Source of the DNA: Chiloscyllium plagiosum
Lineage: Eukaryota
Assembly: GCF_004010195.1 (NCBI RefSeq)
Contig: NC_057718.1
Location: 20,338,915 to 20,402,914 of the forward strand
Direction: 5' to 3'
DNA: 64,000 nucleotides
The translations under genes and the position numbers were made by a program. A model generated the notes under the pieces. The model saw only the letters and a program-made list of their open reading frames with translations, was not told where the DNA came from and did no database searches. Shown piece after piece: positions 11,668 to 24,220 of this stretch. Numbering within the stretch: position 1 is the first letter of the stretch; every line of letters starts with the position of its first letter.

Positions 11668-12234
11668 CAACAATAGCAACCAAACCGATCTTTGTAGGGT
11701 TAATTTTCTTGACCCACCCTTCTCCTCAATGAAAAATGATACAGCCTGCCTCACTAGCAAGGCTGCACAACTGTAGGCCTTGGAGTTCCTAAGTCCTAAC
11801 CAGGGCTTCCGGAGAAAGAACAGGTTTCACAGACTCATTGAAAGGTTACAGCAAAGGTAGAGGCCTTTCTGTGTATTTGTGTTTGTGTTGACTCACTGTA
11901 AGAACAACTCAGCTAGTCCTTTCCCTTAAGCTATGCAATTTTTTTTATCTTCAAATAATTATCCAATTTACATTTGAAAGCCACAACCTCAGTTAAAGCT
12001 TTCTAAATCCTAATCAAATACTGCATACAAATGCTTATCTTCATGTCACCTTTGGTTCTTTTACCATGCACCTTAAATCGGTGTCCTCTATTTTTCTTTT
12101 CTTCCATTAATAGCAATGGTTTCTCCCTATTTACTCCATACTCATGATTTCAAACATCTTTGTCAAATCTCCTATTAACCTTCTCTTCCTTAAAGAGATC
12201 AAACCAACTTTTCCAATCTATCCATATAAAATTA

Positions 12235-13400
12235 TAAGATAAAAGTTTAGAATCAGGCCATTCAGCCCATGAAGTTTGCTCTGTCAGTTGATCATGGTTG
12301 ATTTTTTCTCAACCCCGTTGTCCTGCCTACTTCCCACAACCCTTGATCCCTTTACTAATCAAGAACCTATTTGCCTCTGTCTTAAACACATCCAATAACT
12401 TGGCATCCACAGCCTTCTTCAGCAATGAGTTCCACAGATTAACAACCATTTAGCTGAAGAAATTCCTCCTCATCTCAGTTCTAAAAGGTCTTCCCTTCAC
12501 TCTAAGGCTGTGCCCTCATGATCTCGTCTCACGTGCTGGTGGAAATATCTCCTTCACGTCAATTCAATCCAGGCCTCTCAATATTCTGTAAGTTTCAATG
12601 AGATCCTCCATCATGTACAGACCCAGAGTCCTCAACCACTTCTCACATAACAAGACCTTCATATCCAGGATCATTCTTGTAAGCCTTCTCTGGACTCCCT
12701 CCAATGCCAGTACATCCTTCCTCAGACACAGGGCCCGAAACTGCTCACAGTATTCCAAACGCAGTTGGACCAGAGCATTATACATCCTCTAGCAGAAAGT
12801 GAAGACTGCAGATGCTGGAGATCAGAGCTGAAAAATGTGTTGCTGGAAAAGCGCAGCAGGTCAGGCAGCATCAAAGAAGCAGGAGAATCGACGTTTCGGG
12901 CTGCGCTTTTCCAGAAACACATTTTTCAGATTATACATCCTCAGCAATACATCTCTGCTCTTGCATTCTAGTCCTCTCAAATACTAACATTGCATTTGCC
13001 TTCCTAACTGCCAATGGAACTGCATGTTAACCTTAAGAGCATCTTGAACTAGGACCCCCAAGTCCCTTTGTGCTTCAGATTTCTGAAGCTTTTCCCCATT
13101 TAGAAAATAGTCTGCGCCTGTTTTCTTCCTACCAAAGTGCATAAACTTACACTTTCCCATATTATCTTCTTCCTGCCACTTCCTTCCCCAATCTCCTAAT
13201 CTGTCCATGACCTTCTGCAGCCTCCCCACTTCTTCAACATTACCTGTCACTCCAACTATGTGTCATCTACAAACTTATCAACAATGCCCTCAATTCTTCC
13301 ATCCAGATCATATGCATAATGTGAATAGTTTTGATCCCAAAACTGACCCCTGTGGAACTCCACTACTCGCTGGCTGCTATCCTGAAAAAGACTCCTTTAT
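12235..13400 (-). mobile_element. CR1 LINE ORF2 3' part, host of nested insertions (continues at 17861-18145)
   Basis: Minus-strand ORFs LVQLRLEYCEQF...LEGVQRRLTRMI and KCKFMHFGRKK...QRDLGVLV; interrupted at ...actcctttat and resumes with atccccactctctgc at 17861. Confidence 0.9.
12795..12929 (-). mobile_element. Short Penelope-like insertion with internal inversion
   Basis: Flanked by direct repeats attatacatcctc(t)agca at 12777-12794 and 12930-12946; body matches the 37154-37353 family. Confidence 0.85.
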
Positions 13401-16400
13401 TTCTGTTTTTCAGCGACAGCAGAAACTAGAAGGGCGGGAGCTTGGACCAGGGGCCTGCTGGGAGCGGTGAGTCACTGGTTTGAACCTTTAAAAGCTTAGC
13501 TCGAGCACGGCACTCCTCCATTTCTGTTTTTCAGCGGCAGCAGAAACTCGAAGGGCAGGATCTTGGATCGGGGGCTGCCGGGACTGGTGAGTCACTGATT
13601 TGAGCTTTTATATTTGAAATCAGAGAGCAGAGGTTTCTGGGAAAGGAGGGACTTCTTTTTATTTCCGTCCAACCAAAGAAGTCAGTGTTTTCTCAGCCCG
13701 AGACCCTACCTTTGTAGGGAACTGGAGCAGGAGCTGGATGAACTTAGGATCATTCGGGAGGCAGAGACTGGGATAGAAAAGAGTTATAGAGTAGTTACTC
13801 CTAGGCATGAAGAAAGCTGAGTTAGAGCGGTACTGGAAAAGGACAGCAGGTCAGGCAATATCCGAGGAGCAGGAAAATTGACATTTCGGGCAAAAGCCCT
13901 TCATTAGGAATAGAGGCAGGATGCCTGCAGAACCTGACCTGCTGTGCTTTTCCAGCACCACTCTAATCTACACTCTGGTTTCCAGCATCTGCAGTCCTTG
14001 TTTGTACCATGAAGAAAACTGTATACAAAACGGTATACATGTTTTTCAGGGGAACAACCATAGGGGATCCCTCGACTGACTGTTTTCTCCCCCTTCAAAC
14101 AGTCACCCAGTTTTCTTCATGGTATAAACAAGGACTGCAGATGCTGGAAACCAGAGTGTAGATTAGAGTGGTGCTGGAAAAGCACAGCAGGTCAGGCAAC
14201 ATCCGAGGAGCAGGAAAATTGACATTTCGGGCAAAAGCCCTTCATTAGGAATAGAGGCAGGGTGCCTGCAGAGCCTGACCTGCTGTGCTTTTCCAGCACC
14301 ACTCTAATCTACACTCTGGTTTCCAGCATCTACAGTCCTTGTTTGTACCATGAAGAAAACTGGGTGACTGTTCGAAGGGGGAGAAAAGTCAGTCGAGGGA
14401 TCCCCTGTGGTCGTTCCCCTGAAAAACATGTATACCGTTTTGGATACTGTTGAGGGGGACGACTTACCAGGGGTATGCAGTGGGGCCCAAGTCTCTGGCA
14501 CAGAGCCTGTCCCCGTTGCACAGAAGGGAAGGAGGGAAAGAAGGAGAGTGTTAGTCAGAGGGTCAGATAGAAGGTTTGTAGGGAACGAAAGAGACTCACG
14601 GTTGGTGTGTTGCCTCCCAGGTTTCGGGGTCCGTGATGTCTCAGGTCGTATCTTTGGGGTCCTGAAGGGAGAGGGTGACCAGCCTCAAGTTGTGGTCCAT
14701 GTAGGTACCAACGACATAGGCAGAAAGAGGGATAGGGATGTAAGGCAGGATTTTAGGGAGCTGGGGTGGAAACTGAGAGCAAGAACAAACAGAGTTGTTA
14801 TCTCTGGTTTGTTACCTTTGCCTCATGATAGCGAGGGAAGGAATAGGGAGAGCTATCAGCTGAACACATGGCTGCAAGGATGGTGCAGGAGGGAGGGTTT
14901 CAGGTACTTGGATAATTGGGGCTCATTCTGGGGAAGGTAAGACCTCTACAAACAGGACGGTCTTCACTTGAACCAGAGGGGTACTAACATCCTGGGTGGG
15001 AAATTTGCTGGTGCTATTTGGGTGGGTTTAAACTGGCTCAGCAGGGGGATGGGTATCTGAGGTGTAGTTGCAGTGCAGAGGAGAATGAGAGTAGGGAGGA
15101 CAGGGATAGGATTTCAGGTTCACAGTAATGTGCTGGCATACAGCAAGCTGGTTTGAAGTATGTCTACTTCAACACCAGAAGTATCCAAAATAAGGCAGGT
15201 GAGCTTGCAGCATGGATAGGTACCTGGGACTTCGATGTTGTGGCCATTTCGGAGACATGGACAGACCAGGGTATAGATCTTTCATTAAGACAGGCAAGGT
15301 GGTAAACGAGGGGGAGGTGTGGCCTTGTTAGTCAAGGATATTATAACAGTGGCTGAAAGAACTTTTGAGGAGGACTCGTCTACTGAGGTAGTGTGGGTTG
15401 AGGTTAGAAGCAGGAGGGGAGAGGTCACACTGCTTGGAATGTTTTATAGGCCTCCGCAGAGTTTCAGGGAGGTGGAAGAGAGGATTGGCAAAATTATTCT
15501 GGACAGGAGTGAAAGGAACAGGATGGTCATTATGGCGGACTTTAACTTCCCCAACATTGACTGGAAATGCTATAACTCTAGTACATCGGATGGATCAGTT
15601 TTTGTCCAATGTGTATAGAAGGGTTTCCTGACACGGTATGTCGAAGGGCCAACAAGAGGGGAGGCCACAGTGGATCTGTTGCTTGGTAATGAACCAGGCC
15701 AGGTGTTTGATTTAGTTGTAAGTGAGCACTTTGGAGATAGTGACCATAATTCAGTTACATTTAGTTTAGCGATAGAAAGGGATAAGTACATGCCACAGGT
15801 CAAGAGTTACCGATGGGGCAAGGGCAATTATAATGCGATTAGGCAAGAATTAGGATGCATAGAATGGGGTAGCAAAATGCGGGGGATGCAGACAATGGAA
15901 ATGTGGAGCTGGTTTATGGAACAGATATTGTGTGTCCTTGATAGATATGTTCCTGTCAGGCAGGGAACAAGTGATAAGGTAAGGGAACCATGGTTTACTA
16001 CAGAAATTGCATCTCTTGTTAAGAAGAAGAAGGAGGCTTATGTGTTGATGAGGCAAGATGGTTCAGATGAGACGATGGAGAGTTACAGATCAGACAGGCA
16101 GGATTTGAAGAGAGAGTTAAGAAGAGCAAAGAGAGGACACAAGCAGTCTTTAGCAAATAGAATAAAGGAGAACCCTAAAGCTTTCTATAGGTATGTGAGG
16201 AATAAAAGGATGACGAGGGTAGGAATAGGGCCAGTCAAAGAGAGAAGTGGGAAGTTGTGTGTGGACCCTGTGGAGATCGGAGAGGTGATAAATGAACATT
16301 TCTCATCGGTTTTCACTCAGGAAAAGGAGAATATTGTAGAGGAGAAGAACGAGGTACGAGATATTAGACTAGAAAGGATCAAGATTAGTTACGAACAGGT

Positions 16401-17860
16401 GTTATCAATTCTACAAGGAGTGAAAATAGACAAGTCCCCTGGGCCAGATGGGATTTATCCGAGGATTCTCTGGGAAGCTAGGGAGAAGATAGCAGAGCCT
16501 TTGGCTTTGATATTTGAGTCATCATTGTCTACAGGTTTAGTACCAGAGGACTAGAGGATTGCAAATGTTGTGCCCTTGTTCAAGAAGGGAAGTAGAGATG
16601 ACTCAGGCAATTACAACTTGATTTCAGAGAGTCAACATGGTTTCGTCAAGGGCAGGTCGTGTCTCACAAACCTCTGAGTTTTTTGAGAAGGTGACCAAGC
16701 ATGTAGATGAAGGTAGGGCAGTTGACGTGATATACATGGACTTCAGTAAAGCCTTTCATAAGGTTCCACATGGGTAATTTAGCAGTTTGGATTAGGAACT
16801 GGCTTTTTGAAAGAAAGCAGTGAGTGGTGGTTGATGGAAAATATTCAGCCTGGAGTCCAGTTACTAGTGGTGTTGCACAAGGATCTGTTTTGGGACCACT
16901 ACTGTTTGTCATTTTAATAAATGACTTAGACGCAGTCATTGGTGGATGGATTAGTAAATTTGCAGATGACACTAAAGTCGATGGCGTAGTGGACAGTTTG
17001 GAAGAACGTTACAGATTGCAGGGGGACTTAGATAAACAGCAGGATTGGGCTGAGAGATGGCAAATGGAGTTCAATGCAGCTAAATGTGAGGTGATGCATT
17101 TTGGAAAGAATAACAGGAAGGCAGAGTACTGGGTCAATGGAGAGATTCTTGGTAGTGTGGATATGCAGAGGGATCTTGGTGTCCATGTACATAGATCCCT
17201 GAAAGTTGCCACCCAGGTTAATAGTGCTGTTAAGAAGGCATACAGTGTGTTAGGTTTCATTTGTAGAGGGATCGAGTTCCAGAGCCGCAATATTATGCTG
17301 CAACTATACAAAACACTGGTGTGGCCACACTTGGAATATTATGTAAAGTTCTGCTCGCCATATTTTGGGAAGGATGTGGAAGCATTGAAAAAGGTGCAGA
17401 CGAGATTTACGAGGATGTTGCCTAGTTTGGAGGGAAGGTCTTATGAGGAAAGGCTGAGAGACTTGGGTTTGTTCTCATTGCAAAGAAGAAGGCTAAGAGG
17501 GGATTTGATAGAGACATACAAGATGATCAGAGGACTAGATAGGGTAGACAGTGAAATTCTTTTTCCTAGGATAATGATGTCACCTTGTATGAGGGGGCAT
17601 AACTACAAATTGAGGGGTGATAGATTTAAGACAAATGTTAGAGGCAGGTTCTTTACTCAGAGAGTGTAAGGACATGGAATGCCCTATCTGCCAATGTGGT
17701 TAACTCAGTCACATTAGGGAGATTTAAACAATCCTTGGATAAGCACATGGATGATGATGAGATAGTGTAGGGGGATGAGCTGAGAATAGTTCACTGGTTG
17801 GCGCAACATGGAGGGCTGAAATGTTCTGCGCTGTATTGTTCTATGTTCTATCTATGTTCT
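13399..17860 (+). mobile_element. Near full-length CR1 LINE (ORF1 SGNH esterase-like, ORF2 APE + RT), inactivated
   Basis: ORF1 CCLPG...VVHVGTNDIG...VVISGLLP; APE DFNFPNIDW, GDSDHN; RT KSPGPDGIYP, SGVAQGSVLGPLLF, FADD; tail (ctatgttcta)n; stops and deletions present. Confidence 0.95.
13823..14348. mobile_element. Composite Penelope-like terminal-repeat insertion inside CR1 ORF1
   Basis: Two copies of the inverted terminal module. Target-like repeats catgaagaaagctgagt (13806-13822) and catgaagaaaactgggt (14349-14365). Confidence 0.8.
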
Positions 17861-18145
17861 ATCCCCACTCTCTGCTTTGTGCCAGTCAGCCAATCCTCTA
17901 TCCATGCAAGTAACTTGTCCCTGACACTATGGTCTCCTGCATTATTTAGCAACATCCTGTGCAACACTTCATCAAAGACCTTCTGGAAATCCAAGTGGAT
18001 CACATCCACTAGCTCTCCTTTGTTTGTTACCTACTCAAAGGAGTCTAACAGATTTGTCACGCATAACGAAGCCGTACTGACTCAAACCTGTTTTACCATG
18101 CACTTTCAATTACTCTGCAATCTCATTGTTAATCATGGACTCTAA
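17861..18145 (-). mobile_element. Continuation of the split CR1 (RT region)
   Basis: aaagaccttctggaaatccaagtggatcacatccac is the reverse of the VDVIHLDFQKVFD motif. Confidence 0.8.
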
Positions 18146-19379
18146 AAACGTTCCTCATTCTTGAACCTCTCATAAATCTCTTCACGTCTTTCACATCATT
18201 CCTAACCTTCCTAAAATGTAATGTCCAGAATTGGACATAATTCTAGAGCAAAATCTAAGCTAGTGATTTATAAATATTTACCACAACAGCCTTCCTTTTC
18301 TACTCTATTTCATTATTTATAAAGCCCAGAATCCTGGGCACTTTATCTACTGCTCTTTCACCTGTGTGCCATATTAATTGATTTGTGCACAATATATATG
18401 CATGTCCTATAGATTCTCCAGTCCTTTAAGAATTCTTTTGGCTCTCCTTGTTATTCTTCCCCAATTGTATTACTTCACACTAGTCTGCATTAAATTTCAT
18501 CTGCCACATGTCTGGTTATTCCACTTGTCTGTCCATATCCCCATAGTTCACAATATTTCTATGTTTAGTGTGATGTAACATTTTGAAATTTTCTGTTGTA
18601 CACACAAGTAATCTGGGCCTTCAAGAAAAGCAGTGGTCCTAGCAATGGTATCTAAGCAACCCTAGTGTTCATCTTCTCCAGTTACTCACCACAACTTCGA
18701 TTAACAAGCAATGAAATTTAAAATGGGACTTGAACACATGCTGCCCAAAGTTCATGAAGCTGGAAATCTTTATTCTACCAGCACCATGTCTTCACAAATA
18801 GGGAAAGAAATTAAGGATAACCAAATACTAAATACACAAAATACAATGAATGACTGACTATATGGGTTATAATGGACATAGGAATTCCTTTATCTGTCTC
18901 TTTCCTTTCCCAATTGCTCTCTCTCTACCATGAGGCTTTTCCTGTTGGGGAGAGTCTAGGACCAGAGAATATCTGATCATCCATTTAAGACAGGGATGAG
19001 GAGGAATTTCTTTTCACAAAGGGTAGTTGATCTGTGGAATTTATTACCACAGAGGGGTGTCAAGTCTCCAACCCGTGAAATTCACATTTCAGAAGAATAC
19101 TCTGGCACCAATTGGAAAGTCAGTCCTGTCAATCTATGTTTAGTCAATGTTTTTCTTTTCAGCATTTCCCTCTCATTGTCAGCTTGAATGTCTGGCTTAG
19201 CATTGTGTAATACTCAGCTATCCACCTGTTGACCTAGTCATCCTCATTGAAAGCTGCGGTGAGCCTGGGAAATAGTCAACAGAAAGGGCTGACTCTTTCC
19301 TAAAGAAGAGATAGTGTGAGAATACTTGGTGGATGAGTGTGGGGTGCTTTACAGGCATTAACTAGCTCTGCTATGTACT

Positions 19380-20220
19380 CAGGCACTTTCATTTACTCTC
19401 AGAAGATAAGATGCACAGACTGTCATACAAGTATTGTTGAATTGTTTGCAGAACAGCATGCATGAACTTAGTGAAAATATTTGCGAGCACAAGAACGTGT
19501 CAATCCCATTACTACTAGGGTCAATGACCATGAAATCTATTTTAAGTACCTCCACAGCAGTCTCAAGGCATAATTCAATAAGACAAACAATGCCACATCT
19601 CATCCACATGCAGTTTAATTGATTGCTCATAAATATCACATTTACTTGCATTTACTAATGGTTACAGCCTTACTAGAGAGGTTTTTTGTAACACAGTGCA
19701 TACAAGTTAAAATAGATCAAAAGAATTAATGTTTCAAATCAGCTGGGAGGAATCCATCATCTTTGACTGCCGGTACAGATACATTTTCAAGATCTGCTCA
19801 ATTTAACTATTTCTAATTATTCCTGAACAATGGACCAGAGCAAAACACAATGTACAGTAAACTGTAATTTACTGGATTAGTAGTAAACCTGGGCCTGCTG
19901 GTGTGCACAGAGCATTTTGATCCAAGGTGAAATTGATGAGAGGTTCAATTGCAAATCTTGCTCCAACTTCTCTTCTAGTGCTTTGAGAAGTTTGTGCTAT
20001 AAACGGTGTCTTAATTATTTGGCGCCATCACAATATTTGCCAACTTCTCTCTGCTGCTGAGACATTCAAGAAAGGGGCAAGCAGTATCTCCTGTCCATGA
20101 AAATCCTAAGGCAAGATAGTTCTCTTTTTCTGTGACTGAACAGTTCTTGCTTCTTTTCTCTTTGGGTTCAGATGTTTCAGCGACTGAATTAATAGAAGAA
20201 TCACCTGTTTTGGCAAGAGA
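19380..20220 (-). mobile_element. hAT (Charlie/Buster-like) transposase remnant
   Basis: Minus translation of ~19990-20125 gives ENYLALGFSWTGDTACPFLECLSSREKLANIVMAPN, resembling the Buster/ZBED5 BED-finger region (YLxFGFxWTGD..CP.P.CxxC..xLxNxxMxPxKL). MHCVTKNL near 19680-19700 resembles the hAT C(x2)H motif region. Confidence 0.55.
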
Positions 20221-20229
20221 CTTAGCCTT

Positions 20230-20522
20230 GGCAGCACAGCGGCTCAGTGGTTAGCACTGCCGCCTCGCATCGCCAGGGATCCGGCTTCGATTCCAGCCTT
20301 GGGTTACTGTCTGCGTGGAGTTTGCATATTCTCCCTGTGTCTGTATGGGTTTCCTCCCACAGTCCAAAGATGTGTGGGTCAGGTGAATTGGCATACTAAA
20401 TTGCCCATAGTGATAGGTGCATTAGTATGGAGTAGGTGAGTGAGTCTGGGTGGGTTACTCTTTGGAGGGTCAGTGTGGACTTGTTGGGCTGAAGGGCCTG
20501 TTTCCGCACTGTAAGGAATCTG
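20230..20522 (+). mobile_element. HE1-like SINE
   Basis: ggcagcacagcggctcagtggttagcactgccgcctcgcatcgccagggatccggcttcgattcc followed by the HE1 body. Confidence 0.88.
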
Positions 20523-21786
20523 ATCATTTCTTCTTAGACTCTAAGACTTAGATAAGTGACATAAGTAAAAATAAATTCCAAAAATATTCACCTTAAACTT
20601 TGCAATAATGTGCCCAGACAAGCAGGTTTAACTGCCATTTCAATTGTATGCCTCTTTATTGCATATGCATAGTTTCTTCTCATAATGAATGTTTGGTCCT
20701 GCACATATGCAGATGCCAAATGTCTGCGCATTCATGGTATTGGAAGCCATTAGGCAAAGCATCAATACTCCTAAGAATTTCATGGAACTCATGTAACTAT
20801 TCATCTTGGTCCTGTTGGGCCATGGCACACCAGTTGTAAACCTCTGCTCCAGAGGTCTTGTGGTGACCAAGGATCCCATGCTGGGCTGAAGTGGCTTCTT
20901 TACTTTGGCCAAAGTATACTTCTCATAATTGTGACAATAGTCGTCAATATCATTACCAATTCCAGACCAGTAACACAGTTCTCTGGTCAAGACAGTTGTC
21001 TTTCTTGTTGCTTTGTGTCTTGAAGTGCTACATTTAACACTTGGAGGCTATTGGGGAGGATGAGTTGCTTCACCTTGTTATGAACCAGCCAACATAGGGC
21101 TCCATCCTCCTCTCTGATCATCTTCCAGCACCTCAACTTGGACTCCCGCATCAGGCACTGTTGGGTTGGTGCATGTAGGCCCTTGTAATGGGACAGTGTA
21201 CCAGCTGTCTGTTTTGAAATAAATGGTAAAGGTGAATGTATGCCTGACTCTGCCAATCTTCACGTGGTTTGGATCTCACTCATAAGCACATCAATGACAC
21301 TGCTGAATCTTAGTTTGAATGTCATATGGAATAGAGGTCAGAATGATGCCTTTGATTTGAGGCATGAGCATGATGCCAGGCACAGCACCTTCCAGCCTGG
21401 AAGGGGAGGTACCATCCTGTGGTTAATATTCTGAGAAAGGGCCATTAGCATTTGCATTATTTTTGCCTGACCTGCAATGGTTCTGGAATCAACACCGCAC
21501 AAGTTCAGTGTCTCAGTGAGTTTCTGTTGTTCGCAGCTTGGTGGAAATTTGCAAGTAGCTGAGTGGGTTGTTGCGTGTAAACATTTCAAACTTTTCACTA
21601 CCAGAATGTCTCTGAACTTCTGGGAAATAGCCCACCTCAAGGCTTGCTTTAAGCTTCATACTGGAATAATTCTCCATATTCCTCCCATTTGGCTTGAGAC
21701 TCCAACTGGTCTAAGTAATAACCAATTTTTTCTGTCCTGAAGCTGTGACAGCACCACTCGTTGGCCAAGGAAACTTGCTCCAGTTT

Positions 21787-22019
21787 TGAAATAATTCCAC
21801 AGAGGTTAGTATCCCGTCACCAAGTTACTCTCTATTAATACATGGAGAGTCCTTGACACTGATCCAATTCCCTCAGAATTCAGCTCTGACAGTGAACAGA
21901 ACCTCTGACACTCCTGTTCTTATCTGTCAGGACTCACTGATTGGACCAGATTAACAGCCCCAAACAGGGAATCCATATTCTTTGAGGTCAACCTGGCTGG
22001 CCTTGTTACAATCACTACA
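21787..22019 (-). mobile_element. Solo LTR inserted in the Gypsy pol
   Basis: Minus strand starts TGTAGTGATTGTAAC and ends GGAATTATTTCA (TG...CA); flanks agttt/ggttt form an imperfect 5-bp TSD. Confidence 0.6.
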
Positions 22020-23192
22020 GGTTTCAAATATGAAAGGGTATCAGAAATCTGGTTAGCCAAGGACAAGCGTTGACATACTCTGCTGAAAGGCGTAAAACAG
22101 TCTTCTTATGCTGGGCTCCAACTCCTTGTGACGTTCTGTGAAGTATCACACCATGTATATCCCAACTGCTCCTTCAGCATTCTCTGATATCATCAGCAAA
22201 TTGTGGAGTGGGATGGCCAACTGTGAAAAACCTTGGACAAATCACCTACACTAACAAGCAAAGCCAAAGAAACCACATGGTTCCCTTGCTGTCTTAGGCC
22301 TGGCCCACTCCTCTTCCACTCAGGTTTTCCCATTGTCTGGAGTAATGATTTCCTTGGGAACAAAGTGGCCCAGATACTGTACTTGTATTTGAAACATTGG
22401 CACTTCTCTAGTTGACTCTGAAGTTAGCGGCAACAAGTGGGCTAACATGGTATATAGTCTTGCAACAGTCTCCTTCAATGTTGAGTCAAAGATGAGCATC
22501 TTGTCCAGATAACTACAAGGGACTAGGAATTAAAGTCACTGAAAGCTTTATCCAGCACACATAAAAGTGGCAGGAGCATTAAAGAACCCAATCAGCCTTT
22601 TTGTGTATTCATAAAGTCCTCTGGTACCCATCTGATATGTCATCTTTTCAATGTCTTGTTTAGCAATGAATAGCTGGTTTGTATAGGGTAGGCCAAATTA
22701 AGAATACAGAAATACTCTTCATCTTTGAAAAATTGCAATGCTTTCTTAGTCCTAGGTAGACAGTAAGGATCCTTATAAGTCTTTATGTTAAGTGTGACAG
22801 GATCAAAAGAGATACTCAGGTTTCTTTCTTCCTAATGAGAATTATGAGGGAGGCATGCAGACCTGATGACTCTTGAATGACACCTATTCCAAAGACTTCT
22901 GCAGGTAGTCCTAGAATTCCTCCCAGTGATGGGATGGGATCCTATAGTAAGAAATCTTTACAGAATGATCATGTTTAATCACATCTTGTGACTTACCAGG
23001 TCACCATCATTTTTACTGAAAGTGATCTTACACTTGATGAGAATCAAGACAAGTTGCCTCCTCTATGTCTCCTCCAATCCATCCTTGTCCACCTTCAAAA
23101 TGTGGTTGGAGATATATCCTCCAGTCAATTTACTGCCCATGACAGTAGCAATTTGAAGGCCAGTAACAGACATTTTTAAAATAAAAGAACTA

Positions 23193-23305
23193 TGGTGCTG
23201 GAAATCTGACACAAAAACAGAAATTGCTGGAGAAATGTAGCAGGTCTGGCAGCTTTTGTGGAAAGAAAGCAGAGTTTTGGTCCAGTGACCCTTCTTCTGA
23301 AGCTT
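23193..23305 (-). mobile_element. Degenerate Penelope-like terminus
   Basis: Minus reads cagaagaagggtcactggaccaaaac..., the same family as 52105-52200. Confidence 0.7.
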
Positions 23306-23701
23306 TCTCTTCAGAGATGCGTATAAGCATTCTTAGTTGGACACATGCATTTTTGTCACTGAAATTGGCAAGCAACATGCACACCCAACTTTTTTCTCCC
23401 ATGGTGACCAGGGGAGCTCCCAGAGTTACACCAAGTGGAAGTTCTAATACATGTGAGACAGGATGACACTCTAGCAAGGCCTGATGTTGACTAGTCGATG
23501 GTGGTTGGCATAAAGTTTCAACAGCAGTGATGATTCAGTTGGTAAAAGAGCAGCCTGACTTGCTGCTACTCAAACAGTTCTAAAATCCCACGCAAGCTGG
23601 AACACTAAGCAAGGTCCTGTGCGCATCTGTCAACTTCATTACGTGCTGTTTTCCGAGCAGTCATCATACACGTTTTCCAAGGATGCCCAGATATCATTTA
23701 A

Positions 23702-24220
23702 TACAGAGGAACCTCGATTATCCGAACGAGACGGGCGGACACTATTTTGTTCAGATAATTGATTATTCGATTACTTGATTCAATGCCTTTCCTCTGGCTC
23801 TTTAAGTTTTCTGTTAAGTCTGCTCCCCGTTGAGGAGACCAGGTAGCAGCACACCGCGCACGAGCCCCTGCCCCCACCGTCTGTTCCCACCCGCCCCCAA
23901 CCCTGTCCAATACTGCCCCCCTACCCTTTTCGCCTCCCACCCACCCCCCTCTATCTGCCCCCACCCCCTCTCCGGGGCAGCTAGACTGGACACCATCAGC
24001 AAGACTGCTGCTGCTACCTTTTGGGGGGGTGAGTCTCCAAATAGCACGCACACATACACACAGGTTCCACCTTTGCCCTGTACAGGACAATGTTGGAGAG
24101 ACGATCTGGGGAAGGGGGTTTAAGGTACACACCTATGTAGAACTGCAGGGAAAAGTTTGGGAGAGAGAGAGGGCGGAAGGTCGGTTATTTGGAGACAGTG
24201 CCTGTAATCCAATCCTATGA
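23702..24220 (+). mobile_element. Tc1/pogo (Tigger-like) non-autonomous DNA transposon fragment
   Basis: TA followed by CAGAGGAACCTCGATTATCCGAA, a Tigger-type TIR; GC-rich body interrupts the Gypsy element; second TIR not found. Confidence 0.55.

Noticed and set aside
14407..17669. Long ORFs of 177, 294 and 281 aa as host genes
   Set aside because: Fragments of CR1 ORF1/ORF2 separated by stops and deletions; not an active element.
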